From Vicugna vicugna (Eukaryota), in the NCBI GenBank assembly GCA_013265495.1, contig MU058423.1, positions 4,820,793 to 4,884,792 on the forward strand: a stretch of 64,000 nt of DNA, written 5' to 3'. Both the position numbers and the translations under genes were made by a program. The notes under the pieces were generated by a model. That model was not told the DNA's origin, searched no databases, and saw only the letters and a list, made by a program, of their open reading frames with translations. Below, one piece after another: positions 1 to 12,235 of this stretch (positions are counted from its first letter, which is position 1; each line of letters begins with the position of its first letter).

Positions 1-224
1 CTCCTCTATCCAAAATAAGTAACTTTCAGGTACAGAGACTCATCAGGAAAGCAAAGCAACAGGGTTTACAACAGGATACAGGAACAGGAGCTGCCACCAA
101 TAATTCTTGACCAATATTGCACTTAGGAATTATCAGAGATGCTCTAAAATATATACATACCTGGCCCAATTTATATTTTCACTGTGTTCTTCTATATCTG
201 GGAACCAGTATGTCAGGAAATTAT

Positions 225-1110
225 GTTAAGCTCTGCTTTCAAAATACATCCAGAACCCAACCACTCCTCAGAGCCTCCACCGTCAATACCTCAGCTATCA
301 TCATGGCTCGTATGGGATACTGCAGTCATCTCCAGCCTTCAGTCTTTTAACTCAGTACCATAGTGATCCTGTTCAAATATGTAAGTCACATTTTACCTCT
401 TTTTTGTTCTAAAAACCCTCCAGTAGCTTCCTATATCAGGGTATAATCCAAGGTCCTTCAGAGAGCTTCTAGCGCCCTAATCTGCACTGCCCAGCATGGT
501 GGGCGTCTCCACACGTGGCTACTGAGCACTCCAGACACAGAGTCTGAATGGACATGTGTTGTAAGTGAAAAATACACACCACATTCCAAAGACTTTGTAC
601 CAAAAAAGTTTAAATATATCAACATTTGTAATTGACTGAAGTTAAAATGACAACACTTTTCGTATATTGGATTAAATAACATTATTAAAATTAATTTCAC
701 ATGTTCCATTTTTCACTTTGGTATGTGCCTTTGAAAATTTTTTTAATTACTTATGTGACTCACATTACATCTGCTGGACAGTGATGCTCAACACAATCTA
801 AGCCTGACGGTCTTGCTGACCTGCTTCTTCCTCACTGTTTCTCAGCCTCCTGTCTTCCTCGCTCTTCTCCGAACTCACCAAGCATGTTCCTGCTGCAAGG
901 CCTTTTGTGTCTTAATTTTCCTTCAGTCTGGGAGGCTCTTTTCCTAACAGTTCATGGAATCTTCCTCATTTCCTTTAGGCCTTTTCTTTAGTGTTATCTT
1001 TTCTGTGAAAAATTCTGTGAGTACTTGATCTGAAATTGAAATCCACAGAACTTTGTATCTCTCTTCTCTGCTTCATTTTCCCCCCACAGTTCTTATCTTC
1101 ACTGAACGTA
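225..1110 (+). mobile_element. L2 LINE 3' fragment, interrupted by MER33
   Basis: L2-like phrases 'caaaatacatccagaacccaaccactcctc', 'ctccagtagcttcc...aatccaaggtcctt' and, after the MER33, 'caccaagcatgttcctgctgcaaggcctttt'. Boundaries approximate. Confidence 0.7.
482..786 (+). mobile_element. MER33-like hAT-Charlie DNA transposon (near full length)
   Basis: Matches the recalled MER33 consensus: 'cacgtggctactgagcact', 'gtaagtgaaaaatacacacc', 'attattaaaattaatttcac'. Degenerate terminal repeats 'ctgcactgccca...tggacagtgatg'. Confidence 0.85.
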
Positions 1111-2799
1111 GATTTGTCTGAGAGAACAAACTGAATATTAGAGAATCTTTTTAAATTGAGCAAAATCTGATTTCTGTGGGCACACAATCGAAAGGTTGCA
1201 GCAAGCTTTACTCAAGGTTTAGACAAATAACAGGGGCTTTAAAACAAGGAGACGGTCTCTCCAGGACTTCGGAGCACATGAGTAGAAATGTAGGCATGAG
1301 TCAACACTCCAGAGTCCACATGAGTGTGCCTCTGATGTCCAGGAGGGGTGGTCACCGATAGCAGAATCCCAGATCTTCATCTCCTGATAAGGACAACTGC
1401 AAGAATGTCATGGCTACACGTATGGCCTAGGAAAGGCCCAGGCTGTTATAGGCAGAGATAATTACAGTGCAGATTGAAGCGGAACCCCAAGGTCTTTATT
1501 ATCAATGGACATGATTAATGGCAGGTTACTAAAAGTGAGAAGCAGTATCTGAGAGAGCAGGTTGATTTAGCAGTTAGTAATCTGGAGACCTCTACTCAAT
1601 GCTCATGACCTGCTTCCAACTCCAGAATAATGATCACATAGCAAACTAAGGAGACCATTCTTCTAGGATGCATACTTAAATGACTGTTTTTTTTTTTTTT
1701 GGCTGTCCAGCATACAACAGGCCAACTGATAATCTGTAGCTTCACACACCTCTTAGGTCACTACATAAGCCTCGGCACAGTAACTAGTTCACCAAATGTC
1801 TCATAAGCATAACAGTGTTGGCTTCTCCACCTCTATTCAAGCCCAGAAGGGTTTGCTGCTGTTAGCCATCAGTGTCCAAAAGCACTTAATTTTATCATAA
1901 AGTACATTGCATGCTTCCCTTGAAAGGGCGGTGTTGGTTACATTGTCCCCAGAAATACCTGGGAAAGAAAGTTCAGTTATCTCTGGTCATCTTTCAAGTT
2001 TAACTGTGTGTTAAAGGGTGATTTCTGTTCACTACATATAAACTTCACAAACCAGATATGATTTTGCTAGTAGTAGAAGGATAAAATGGGGTCTTCCAGA
2101 GTCATGCTGCCTCATTTTATTATAAATGTTAACAATAATATTTTAATAAAAAATGACAAATGCAAGGCAATTGCTAAGTCAGGGCATGTGGTTATTATAT
2201 CTAGTTACTATTCACTATAGTTACACACAAACTATATAACAAAAATGGAGGACACAAAAAATTTCAAATCTATGTAATAATCGTCAACAGAGGCTGTAAA
2301 GCATTTTTAAGATAAGATAAAATGGGCCAAACTAATGGAGCTATTCATGACATCCATTGCATGCATTTGTTCCCTTTGGCCCATACCTGAGACTAAATAT
2401 GGCGCAGACTGTCTACCGCAGTACCCATTTGCCCCTCTCCATATCCAGCATGTGCAATGTGATACCTGTTTATTTTTCTCTGCTGTCAAAAAATTCTGTC
2501 AAAAAAGTGCTAGCCATTTTTAATTAATTGATCATATTTACCCACCTTGATGTTTCTATTTCCCAGGGAACTTCTACTCTTCTTCAGAGCTCCACAGTTC
2601 TGTAAAAGGAAAATCACAAAACAAAAACACTAAGTGTATTTCTAAAGAAAAACTGTAACATACTGCATATTGCTTTCCAGCTTAGGGATGGACAGAAGGA
2701 TAGAAGTGGGAAAAGACGGAACATCACAAAATAAAGTATGAAGCTCCAAGATGGTGTTAGTTGTTTTAAAAACTGGAATCGTTAGCCCGGTAAAGTATG

Positions 2800-2925
2800 A
2801 GTGGGAGAGGAAATTACTTAGGGTAGCTTACTTAATATTTCTGAAGCTCAGTTTTCACTTACACCAAGTGGTTGCTGTGAGAAGAAAATGATATAATTCA
2901 TGTAGAACACTGAACCTGATCCATT
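2800..2925 (+). mobile_element. MIR SINE fragment
   Basis: MIR core 'ttacttaatatttctgaagctcagttttc' and 'gttgctgtgagaag'. Confidence 0.6.
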
Positions 2926-3309
2926 GGAATCATTCCGTCAAACTATATTTTTACTGTTGTACTTATTGTTCATCCATTGCATGGGATTCGACCCTGGTTC
3001 TTCACCCTCTTTAACATATACATCAAACAACTACATTTTTTTTTTCTGGCTAGTACTGTGGCCCTTTAAAAATGGTGTTACAGTGTTATCAAGCAGGAGA
3101 AACTGCTCTGCACAGAGTTTCTGTTTATACAGAGTCCCTGCCCCTGAGGAATTTGCAATCCAATCAGACAAGTCATGTTTGCACATGTGAAACAACTTAA
3201 TGTCAATATGAAGGGCTCCTATGTATTTCCCACGGATGGGATCCATGAGAGCAGTGATCATTCTTCAAGTAACAATGACAAGAAGAAGTAGCAAGAGAAG
3301 AAAAAGAAT

Positions 3310-3500
3310 ATTCTCTACTGAATGTTTACTCTGTGTCAAAAAAGGCTAAGCTTTTTTAATTGCTTGATCATATTTAGCTCTCGTAGCCCACTGCCTAGGA
3401 AAGCACCATGATCCTCCCCACTTTATATACAGTGAACCTGGAGCTTGCAGGGGTCAAGTATCTCACCCACATCAAACACTATGGAAGAGACCAGAAGTGA
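3310..3500 (-). mobile_element. MIR SINE fragment
   Basis: Antisense MIR pattern 'ctactgaatgtttactctgtgtca...ccccactttatatacagtgaacctggagct'. Confidence 0.6.
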
Positions 3501-3544
3501 ACTTAAGTTCCTCCACCAGACTCTGCTTTGCTCTCCTCATCCGG

Positions 3545-3632
3545 GGGACCTAGCATGTTGTTTGGAACATACAGAATATCTAACCTTTTGCTGGAAGACT
3601 GCATGAATGAATGAATGAATGAATGAATGAAT
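3545..3632 (+). repeat. L2 3' end with expanded (GAAT)n tail
   Basis: 'cctagcatgttgtttggaacatacag' followed by about 7 GAAT units at 3603-3632, the typical L2 tail. Confidence 0.7.
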
Positions 3633-3689
3633 ACACTGTGCAGTACAGGCTACAAATGCTTTTAGGAATTCCAAGATTGGAGAAATTAT

Positions 3690-4110
3690 TTCATTTAATG
3701 ATTTACTCAACATAGACTTGTCAAGCATTTGCCAACATACCAAGCAAGCATGGTAATAAAACCTGGGAATACAAGGAAGGATGAGATATGATTTTTGCCT
3801 TCAATAAGTTCATATTCGATAAATAGAATAAATACTTAGATATGTGCTGTCAAAGAGGACTACTCCAAGCAATGTGGTAAGATAACTGAAGAAGAGATTT
3901 CCCTTGATTACATTGTAGTGGACAGAGAATGTCTTATAAGTGAAAGATTATTAGAAGGTATTCTCCAAGTAGAAGAGAAGAAAGAGAAATCCTACAAAAG
4001 GAGAGGGAACTCAAACACAAGGGACTGTGAGGAGTGTAACTCCTCTGGGATACTAATCAGCTCTGAGTGGCTGGTAGATGGGTAGAGCAGGAAAACGAGA
4101 CGTTGGGATT
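3690..4110 (-). mobile_element. L2 LINE fragment
   Basis: Antisense L2 3' region: 'ttcatttaatgatttactcaac...ctgggaatacaagg...tgccttcaataagttcatattc'. Confidence 0.55.
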
Positions 4111-4599
4111 AACCAGGTATGAGACTGGTCTCCTGCAGCTGCAGCCCAGAGCAAACACCAGCCTCACGTGTAGAAAAACTGCTTGGAAAGGGAAAGTCAA
4201 TAAATGGAAAAAGACATAAAGTATGGCTATCCCAGTGGACTACCCAGGAGGTAGAACAAAATTTCACCACCTCTTACTCCTCTAAGTGCAAGCCTTGGAC
4301 CAGCCACTGATTTCTTTCTAGAGGAGGCTCTAGTGCTTCCTTTATCCTATGGTAATAAACCCCACAGCTGAGGGGCCAGGATCTCTCTCCCTCTCCACAG
4401 GTCCTGTTCAGTCCCTTTGTGCTGCCTCATAGCTGTGGACAGTGAGGGAAGTGTGCACTCATTACTAAGATCCCCCCAACTGAACACTGTTCCAGGTGAG
4501 GTCAAGGTGCTGTCTGCTTATACACCTTCAAACAATCAGTAGCTGATGAAGCTAGAAGGACAGGTTGGTCACTGAAGGAAGGACATTAACTGTAATACT

Positions 4600-4955
4600 A
4601 GTAATACAGAGTGATTTGTGTCTCCCCCCAAACCCATATGTTGAAGCCCTAACCCCGATATGACTGTGTCTAGGGGAGAGGCCTTTAGAAGATAGTTAAA
4701 GTTAAGTGAGGTGGTAAGGGTGGGGCTCTGATTCACTGGGAGTGTGGCCTTATAAGAAGAGGAAGAGAGAGATCTCTCTGCCACTTGAGGACAGAGAGAG
4801 AAGGTGGCCAGGAAGAGAGCCCTTATCAGAGCCCAACCATGCTGATAACCTTATCTTGGATTTCCAGCCTCCAGAATTGTGAGAAAATGAATTTCTGTTG
4901 TTTAAACTACCCAGCGTATGGCATTTTGTTATGGCAGCCCAAAGAGGCTAAGACA
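4600..4955 (+). mobile_element. MLT1A-type MaLR solo LTR
   Basis: 'cccccaaacccatatgttgaagccctaacccc', 'ccttataagaagaggaagaga', 'ccagcctccagaattgtgagaaaatgaatttctgttgtttaa', ending 'ctaagaca'. Confidence 0.9.
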
Positions 4956-5899
4956 ACCAAGGATTAGAAATGCAGTTTGGAGGCTGAGAAACAGACACGG
5001 AGAATGAAAAATACACGTAATCTAGAATTGTGAGGCAGTGGGGACTGTAAAGCACACAGCACTTGCTAATACACATCTCCATCTTTCCGGAGGTAATTCA
5101 TCCTTTGGCTACAATTGCTATTAAGCTTCTAAAAGAAGAATGTATTTTCGGGGAAAAAAAAAAAAGAAAGCACATTTTCATTGAAAGATTGAAGGTATTA
5201 TGTCTTCCACAACTATTTTACATGTAAAAGGGATATAAAGATTAAAGTCAATGATAAACAAAGAGGAAGGAATCTGATCTTGAAGCTTCAGTCATTAGCT
5301 GGAGACTATTGCTGAGAAGAGGAATTTCAAATTCTAGAAAGTACTTAAAATAGTTTAACAATACAAATAAATAACTTCACTCGCATACCCCTCCATCTTG
5401 TCTAGAAAGCTTAAATGAATGCAGATCTTGACAGAAAAGAAACTTCCTTCTGTTTAGTGGAAGAGGAGCTCTTGTTTTTGTTTAAGGCTTATCAGTTCAT
5501 TTTTGCTAAAATCCCATCTCTTAAAGAACATCAAGCAAGCAATCATTCTCTCTTTTATCTCTCACTTTATACTCTGACACTTTCTCCTCAAGTTTCACGC
5601 ATTTAAAACAAGGACACAAGACACCAACCTGTTCCCCAGATCTTGCTATTCTTTTCCTCTGTGTTCACAGCGAAGTGACTTTAAACATTCATTTTCAGTA
5701 TTCTGTCTCCACTCACTCTCCTCCTAATCATGTCTGCACAAACTGTTACCTGATTTCAGCCTTGAAAAATCCAACAGGCTTTCTCTGCTCCAAGCTACTC
5801 CTGACCTACCAGATGCTAAATCCGGATAACACACTCTGGGCTGTGGTTCCTGATCAACATGCAGACTCTGAACTACAAAGAATTTCATCCGTCTTGATG

Positions 5900-6900
5900 T
5901 TGCTTCCTACCTAGATGTCTTGCCTTTATACCTCTTGCTTCTTCACTCTGTTCCTGGGAGGTTGGTCTTCCCCAGAGGTTTGCCTTTGGTGTTCCCTTCT
6001 CACTCTATACGTTATATCTGGGTGGACACATCTATTTTCTTGACTTCAGCTACAAAGCTGGCAAGTTCTACACTTAAATGTCCACAAGAATTCTACTGAG
6101 CTTTAACCGTGTACACCCAACAGTCTACTGAGTATGGAATTTACCTATTTAAGTAAACTTGAAAAGATTACTTAGTTTCTTTAAATTTTCCTGATTTGTA
6201 ACATGGAGTAATAATGATGATGATGATGATGATGATGATAATTACCTCACAGAGTTTTTTTGAGGAGTAAATAAGATAAAGATTTTATCTTTAGACAAGA
6301 AAGTCTTTATTTCATTTTCTCTTCATAAATAGAGTGGTGCCTGTTAGTCTGTATTATTAGTTTTATTATTATTTTACAACCTATAGTTTACTTTGATTCA
6401 TTATTTCAACCCCCTCCCTCCAAAAAAACATACTTTTTGTTTCTTTTAGTCTATGTCTCTGTAAACAGTGGTATCATCCATATAATTTTGAAGTCAATGA
6501 CTAGGAAATCATTTTGAATTTCTTATTGTCCATTACCGTCCCCATCTTGTTGTCACCAATCTAGCTGACGTTTCTGCAATTCGCCCTGTCTCTATCTGCA
6601 CAGTCTTTGCCTTAATTCAATCACTCATCATTCTCCTTGGGGAAGAAATGCATTTTAGTTTACTCCTAAACTAAGTCTTTAGTTTTAGCTTAATTGAATC
6701 TATTCTCTACATTGCTTACAGAATCCTCTTTCTACAATACAATTGTGTTCATTTTCTCTCTTCTGTTTAAATTCTTCTTTGACTCAGTCTCATGTTCTGG
6801 ATAGAGTCCAGGCTTGGTATATCACACAAGACCCTCCAGAACCTGAGCCTAGCCAATATCTCTTATCTTCTCTCCTATAAAATACCAATTCTTTATTCTT
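5900..6900 (+). mobile_element. Degraded L2 fragments with an inserted MIR (about 6160-6280) carrying a (GAT)n run at 6214-6239
   Basis: L2-like 'cttctcactctatac', 'ctctacattgcttacagaatcctctttcta'; MIR-like 'tttgtaacatggagtaataat...acctcacagagt...gaggagtaaataagataa'. Confidence 0.55.
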
Positions 6901-7855
6901 TTTCATGTAATTATTCTTCTTTCTAAAATATTCATTAACTAATCTTTCCAGGCTAAATGGTTAATAGGGACATACCGGTGATGGTCCCCCCTCAATGTCT
7001 CTCTGACAATGTGAGTTGCGAACATCACTTGTAAGTCCCCATTACACCCTGTTTCACATCTACTATAACATTTATCACTCTGTGATGTCCTTGAACATAA
7101 CAGGATGAAACAACATGAAGAAAATAATGAGCTCAAGTGACCAGCCTCTGTTTCAGGGATAATGGGGAAACCATCTTTATAGGTAGGGAAGGCCGGCTGT
7201 GTCAGGGAGTTGTGTCTTTGGTTGTATGACTGGGCCAATCTATCAATTTTGGAGAATCTGGGACAGATCCTCAGTTCTTTAATATTGATAATATTCCCTC
7301 CAAATTGAGTCCCTAGCCACTCATAACATCATTACACCAGACAGAGGATATTAAAGGGGAATTATATATAATTCTTTCTTTTCTTTTGACAAGGGAAAAG
7401 ATATGTTCAGATATGGCATCTGAAACAAGAATATTTAATTTTTTAATTTAAAATATCCCTTAGAAATATATAATAGCCTCTTACAAGTTTTTGAATAATT
7501 CATGGCAGTAGGCTTCAAAATTGTTTGCAGGAATATTAATTTGCCCCCATTTTTTTGTAGTTTTCTTTCAGCTGGATAATATAAAGCACCTAACATACAT
7601 TGGCTTATTGTAAAATAGACTCTGCTTTAAAAGAAAAATGTTATGGTAATGGGCACTAACTGGGATTTTTGATAGTCTCCAAAGATTGGCTTAAATAAAA
7701 CAAAATCACTCTAGAATTTCATCTAAAAGTCCCTCAACATAATTCACATAGAGAACTTGGAGACTTTTTTTTTTTTAATCTGATGTTTTCTTTTTTTGGA
7801 GAAGAGCTGGGGTAATGAAGAGTCTTGTGACCACTGATAATATTACGATTCTTAC

Positions 7856-7940
7856 TTATTTTCCTGTAAGGATACACGTACACTTTTCTTCCTTAAATAG
7901 TATGGTAGTCCATGGTTGGTCTTCTTCAGGAAGCGTCCAT
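7856..7940 (-). other. Candidate internal exon (85 nt) of an unidentified minus-strand transcript
   Basis: On the minus strand, a T-rich tract ending 'cttatttcgcag' forms the acceptor and 'TAA|gtaaga' the donor, in non-repeat sequence. One frame is open throughout (GRFLKKTNHGLPYYLRKKSVRVSLQEN). No homologue recognised. Confidence 0.5.
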
Positions 7941-9045
7941 CTGCGAAATAAGAAAAAAAAAATCTATGAGTGAGGCACACACAGAAAAGGGGGCATTATC
8001 CTTGTGCCCATGCAACAAGAATTGCGAGACCCAGATCTTGCAAAACAGGCTCTGTGATGTGGGTTCCTAAGGAGAAGAATGGGAGCTGATGCTATGTGCT
8101 GATGTGATTCTGAGTATGAAAGTCAGGGAGCCCACCATAACACGAGCCTCTGACCCAGAGGACTGCTCTCTCCTCAGAGGCTTCTGAGAGCTCTGAGCTC
8201 GAGGGCATGCCTAAGAGGAGGAATACAAAGAGGCAGGGGGAAGCTGTGTCCACCCTCTGCTTCTTTCCTAGTTTAGATTTATTGTAAAACATATTAGCTG
8301 CTCTAGGAGTAAACCTTGCATGGTACATGCAACTTTGAACTGAGCTCATCCTTTGAACTGGGACCAGAGATTCTGACCAGTCAATCAAGAGTAACCCAAT
8401 GCTCAGTACTTGGAGAACTAGATTTGAAGACTAAATATGGTTGCATTATCCTAGCTATAAAATGTATTGTTTTCAAATCCCTTTCCACTTTCCACTACCC
8501 AATCCCAGAAGGAAAAAGTTCCTGGGAGTTTCTCACATAAGTTTCCTATTTATGCTCATTATACATATGTGGGAAAATAGAAAATTAGTTTAAAATGACC
8601 TTTTTTTCATAACAGAAAAATGTATTAAAAAGTTACTCAAGACAAAAATCTTGGAGCAAAGATATCATAAAGCCCCCCCAAAAAATGCAGGCATAATGTA
8701 ATTAGTTTTCTTTGGAAACCAGAAATAATCTTAATGATTTTAATTTAGAATTATGACTGTCATTTCCTTAATGCTTTTAGAGACACTTTCTTAAAGATAT
8801 ACCCCTTTGCTTTTCAAGAAGAGGACAAATGTATATTTTGAAGGTTAAGGTTCTGAATCAATTACATTTATGAGAATTTTGCTCCTTGTTCAAATGTTTT
8901 TAATTGGAAAGTAGTAATTAGCTCGCCTTCACTCATGGTAAATGCTCATTATTAGATCTCTTAATGTTCTCAGTATGACCACACTTATCTCTCAGTATTT
9001 CTTGGGGGGAAATTACTATAGTTTATTTCTACACATTGTCCACCC

Positions 9046-9070
<25 letters not shown>
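9046..9070. repeat. (TG)n microsatellite
   Basis: About 12 perfect TG units. Confidence 0.95.
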
Positions 9071-9076
<6 letters not shown>

Positions 9077-10214
9077 ACGTGTGATTAAATAATGGAGATT
9101 GTGTGTATAGATGGTTTTTGTCATAGAAAACTCAACTCTCGTGCAATTAACCTGCCTGTGAGAAGATGGGTATTAAGCAGCTCAGCTCTGTGTGTGGCAG
9201 TTGTTAATCTCACTGCACATTCAGAAGACGAAAGTATTGCCAGCTCTCCCTAAACATTGTTCTGGCTGAAACAATTTATGGCAAGAAACCTGAATCATTC
9301 CATTTCTTTTTATTGAATAACTATAGGATGGCTTTAGACTCCTATGAGAAGAAAGGAATCAGGCTTGTGATTCATATTATTTCTAGATTAAACATTGTTT
9401 AGCTTTTGTTTCTACTCAGACAGAAATCTTAACCTCATAATCAAAATGCCACTGTCATACATGGCTGAGGAAATACATATATTTATCTTTGTCCATCATA
9501 TCACGTATCCTTGCAAGTGCTGCACTGTGGAGAGGATGGGGTGAGAAGTTAGGTACGGAAGAATCGGGAAAAGCAAAGCAGGAAAATGCAGGGTGGGCAG
9601 AGCAGGAGGCTGGGTGATGGCCAGGATACGTAAAATCATCTTTCTGGCTCACAAACTAATTTTAACTCTCTTGGCAATAGTCTTTTAACTGTAAAGTTAG
9701 ATTAATTTCAAAAACTCATTCCAGATTTAATCATTAAAAAAATCATTGACATTCATACGTGCTTCTAGTCACAGCTTTTTATTTGTAATCCAATCATCCA
9801 CTTCCGGAGCTCTTAGTAAATCAATACGATAATTAATTAAGTGATTTATTTAACAAGAACTTATTGAATGTTTACTATTTTCTAAATGGTACAAAAAATA
9901 CAAAATGTAATAAATGAATCACACCCTCTTTGTCCATAAAACTTACTTAAAAAACCAAAGAGACATGGTTATTACTGTGAAAAGTGCTACTTCGGAGGCA
10001 TAGGAATCGTGCTAACGGCGTCTTCTTGGAGAAAAGATGAGATTGTCTCTGGGGAGGACACATAATCCTCACAGAGGACATGACATTTAGGTTGAGCACT
10101 GGAGGGTGAGAAGGGGTGGGACAACTCAGAGAATAAGAAGAGGACTGAAGTAGCGTGAGCGAACACTTGAGGGGAGTTCCTGCCAATGCCAGGAAACCAC
10201 AAAGCCTCCTGTTA

Positions 10215-10950
10215 CTTTCATTTTCGTTCAGCGAGCAGCCATTGCTTGCCTGAGTGCTAGGTGACATCGCCAGCCTTGCAGATACAAAATGTAGAAAGTC
10301 TAGGCTCTGACCTCCCAGAGCTCTCGTCCACAGGGAGATGTATAAACAGACCACTTCAGTAATCGGTGTTAACTATGCAGAGAGGAGTGCAGGATGCTAT
10401 AAAAACGTAGATATGGGACATTGGACCCAAATATAGAGGAGGAAACATTTGAGTTCTGCCGTGTAAGATGGGTAAAAATTAGCCTGTCAGAAGTGAAACA
10501 TTTATGTCAGAAAAAGGAGACTAGGAGGAGCTAAGTAAGAAGCAGAGGTTAGAAAGAGGACTACTAGGAGCTCATTACTGTTGGATCACAAAGTTAGAGA
10601 TAGACACTGAGGCAGGAGGCTGAAGGGAAAGGGAAGAGGCGGGCTATAGGCGTTCCACACACAGTAATATCGTATTTGGACTTAACACCGTAGGTTGTAA
10701 CGAAGCTCTCGGGGGGCTTTAAACTGGAGAGCGATTCGGTTGGATCTTTATTTAGGAGCACAGAGGATGAATATGAGGGACACAGGCCTGAGGCAGAAGG
10801 CTCAGTTAGGGGGCTGCTGTCATCATCCAAGCAAGAGGTAAGGAAGGCTGGAAATATTAGGTGGAGGCTGAAGGAGGAGAAGGGGAGATTAACTAGATAA
10901 ATTTCTAAGAACACACTCAGAAGATTTTTTTCAACCAATTACTTGTGGGG
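10215..10950 (-). mobile_element. L2 LINE fragment
   Basis: Antisense L2: 'ttcattttcgttcagcgagc', 'ctctgacctcccagagctctcgtccacaggga', 'ggggctgctgtcatcatccaagcaagaggt'. Confidence 0.7.
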
Positions 10951-11066
10951 TTATGAGAAAAAGGACCCCTCCCCCAAACATCTCTCTCTCTCCAGGTTTA
11001 GAAACAGTTCCTCTCTGGGTTGATTTCATCAAGTCTCCTATTTCATATATTGAAGTACTGCCTGTC

Positions 11067-11262
11067 TGGTACTGTCCAATAGAACTTCCCGAAATGATGG
11101 CAACTGTCCAAAACGGTTGTCTAATGTGATAGCCACTAGGCACATGTCAGCCCCACTGAGCACTTTAGGTGTGGCTACTGGGACTCACTGAATTTTTTCT
11201 TTATAATTAATTTAAATTTAAATAGCCACGTGTGCCTAGTGACTACCGTATTGAGCAGCAAA
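11067..11262 (+). mobile_element. MER3 hAT-Charlie MITE
   Basis: 'ctgtccaatagaactt...tagccactaggcacatgt...taatttaaatttaaatagccacgtgtgcctagtgactaccgtattg' matches the recalled MER3 consensus. Confidence 0.85.
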
Positions 11263-11264
11263 AA

Positions 11265-12235
11265 TGACAATTTCTAAATTTCTGTCTCCAGCTTAGGTAT
11301 CACCTCTTAGCTCAAGACTATCTACTCAATATCCCCACTTAGATTTCTAACAGACGTTAACCTTAGCAGTTTAAAATCCAACTTTGTAGACTTTCCCCTG
11401 AATCTGCTTCTCCTAATGTCTTCCCTGTCTCAGTAAACGATAACTTGACTTTTGAGTTCTCCTTGAGTTCTTTCTTTCTCTAACACCTCATGTCTTATCT
11501 GTGAACCAATCAAATACAAACTCATCCAGAGTCCAACTGATTCCTCCCACCTGCACAGCTGTCACTTGGCCTACAATAATGTCACCTCTCGTCAGGATTA
11601 TTGCAGTAGCTTCCTGACTGGCCTTCCTGCTTTGAGCTTTGTGTTTTGTGACAGTCTGGCTCATATTGTAAGATTCTTTTACTCAAAATTCTTGGTTTAA
11701 GTCAAACCTAAAAATCTTAAGTGGTGCGTACAGTCTGGCCCTACATTTCCTGTGTCACCTCATCTTCTACCTCTCTGCCCCGTTGTCACTCTGCTCTAGT
11801 CACACTGTTTCCTTGCCGCTCCTGGGATGCCCTAGGCACACCCCCACGGCAGAGCTTTGCACTCCCACTGCCCGCTGCCTGGGACGCTCTTCTCTTGAGT
11901 GTCTGCATGGCTTGCTTCTTCGTCTTCTACACAGCCTTGCTCAAATACAGCTTGGCAGTAAGGTCTTCCCTTTGTCATGCTTAAAATTTCATTTCCCTCA
12001 GCTGACACTCTTAATCTACCCCCTTCATCCCCCCACATTGTTGTCCAACATAGCACCTACAGGCATCTGGCACCGCAAATATTTTATTTATTTTGTTTCT
12101 TGACTTTGGCCCCTCTTCCTAGACTGAAAGCCCCCTGCAAAGGATACTTTAATCTTTTTTGTTCATTACCATAGTCCTAGCACTTAGAACATTGCTCAAA
12201 ACATGGTAGGTACTCAATACATTTATCAATTACAT
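11265..12235 (+). mobile_element. L2a LINE 3' portion
   Basis: Long L2 tract with 'ggattattgcagtagcttcctgactggccttcctgct', ending 'cctagcacttagaacattgctcaaaacatggtaggtactcaatacattt'. Confidence 0.85.

Noticed and set aside
2351..2983. 13-bp exact repeat catccattgcatg at 2351 and 2971
   Set aside because: Only two copies with unrelated flanks, and no element with matching ends between them. Plausibly chance.
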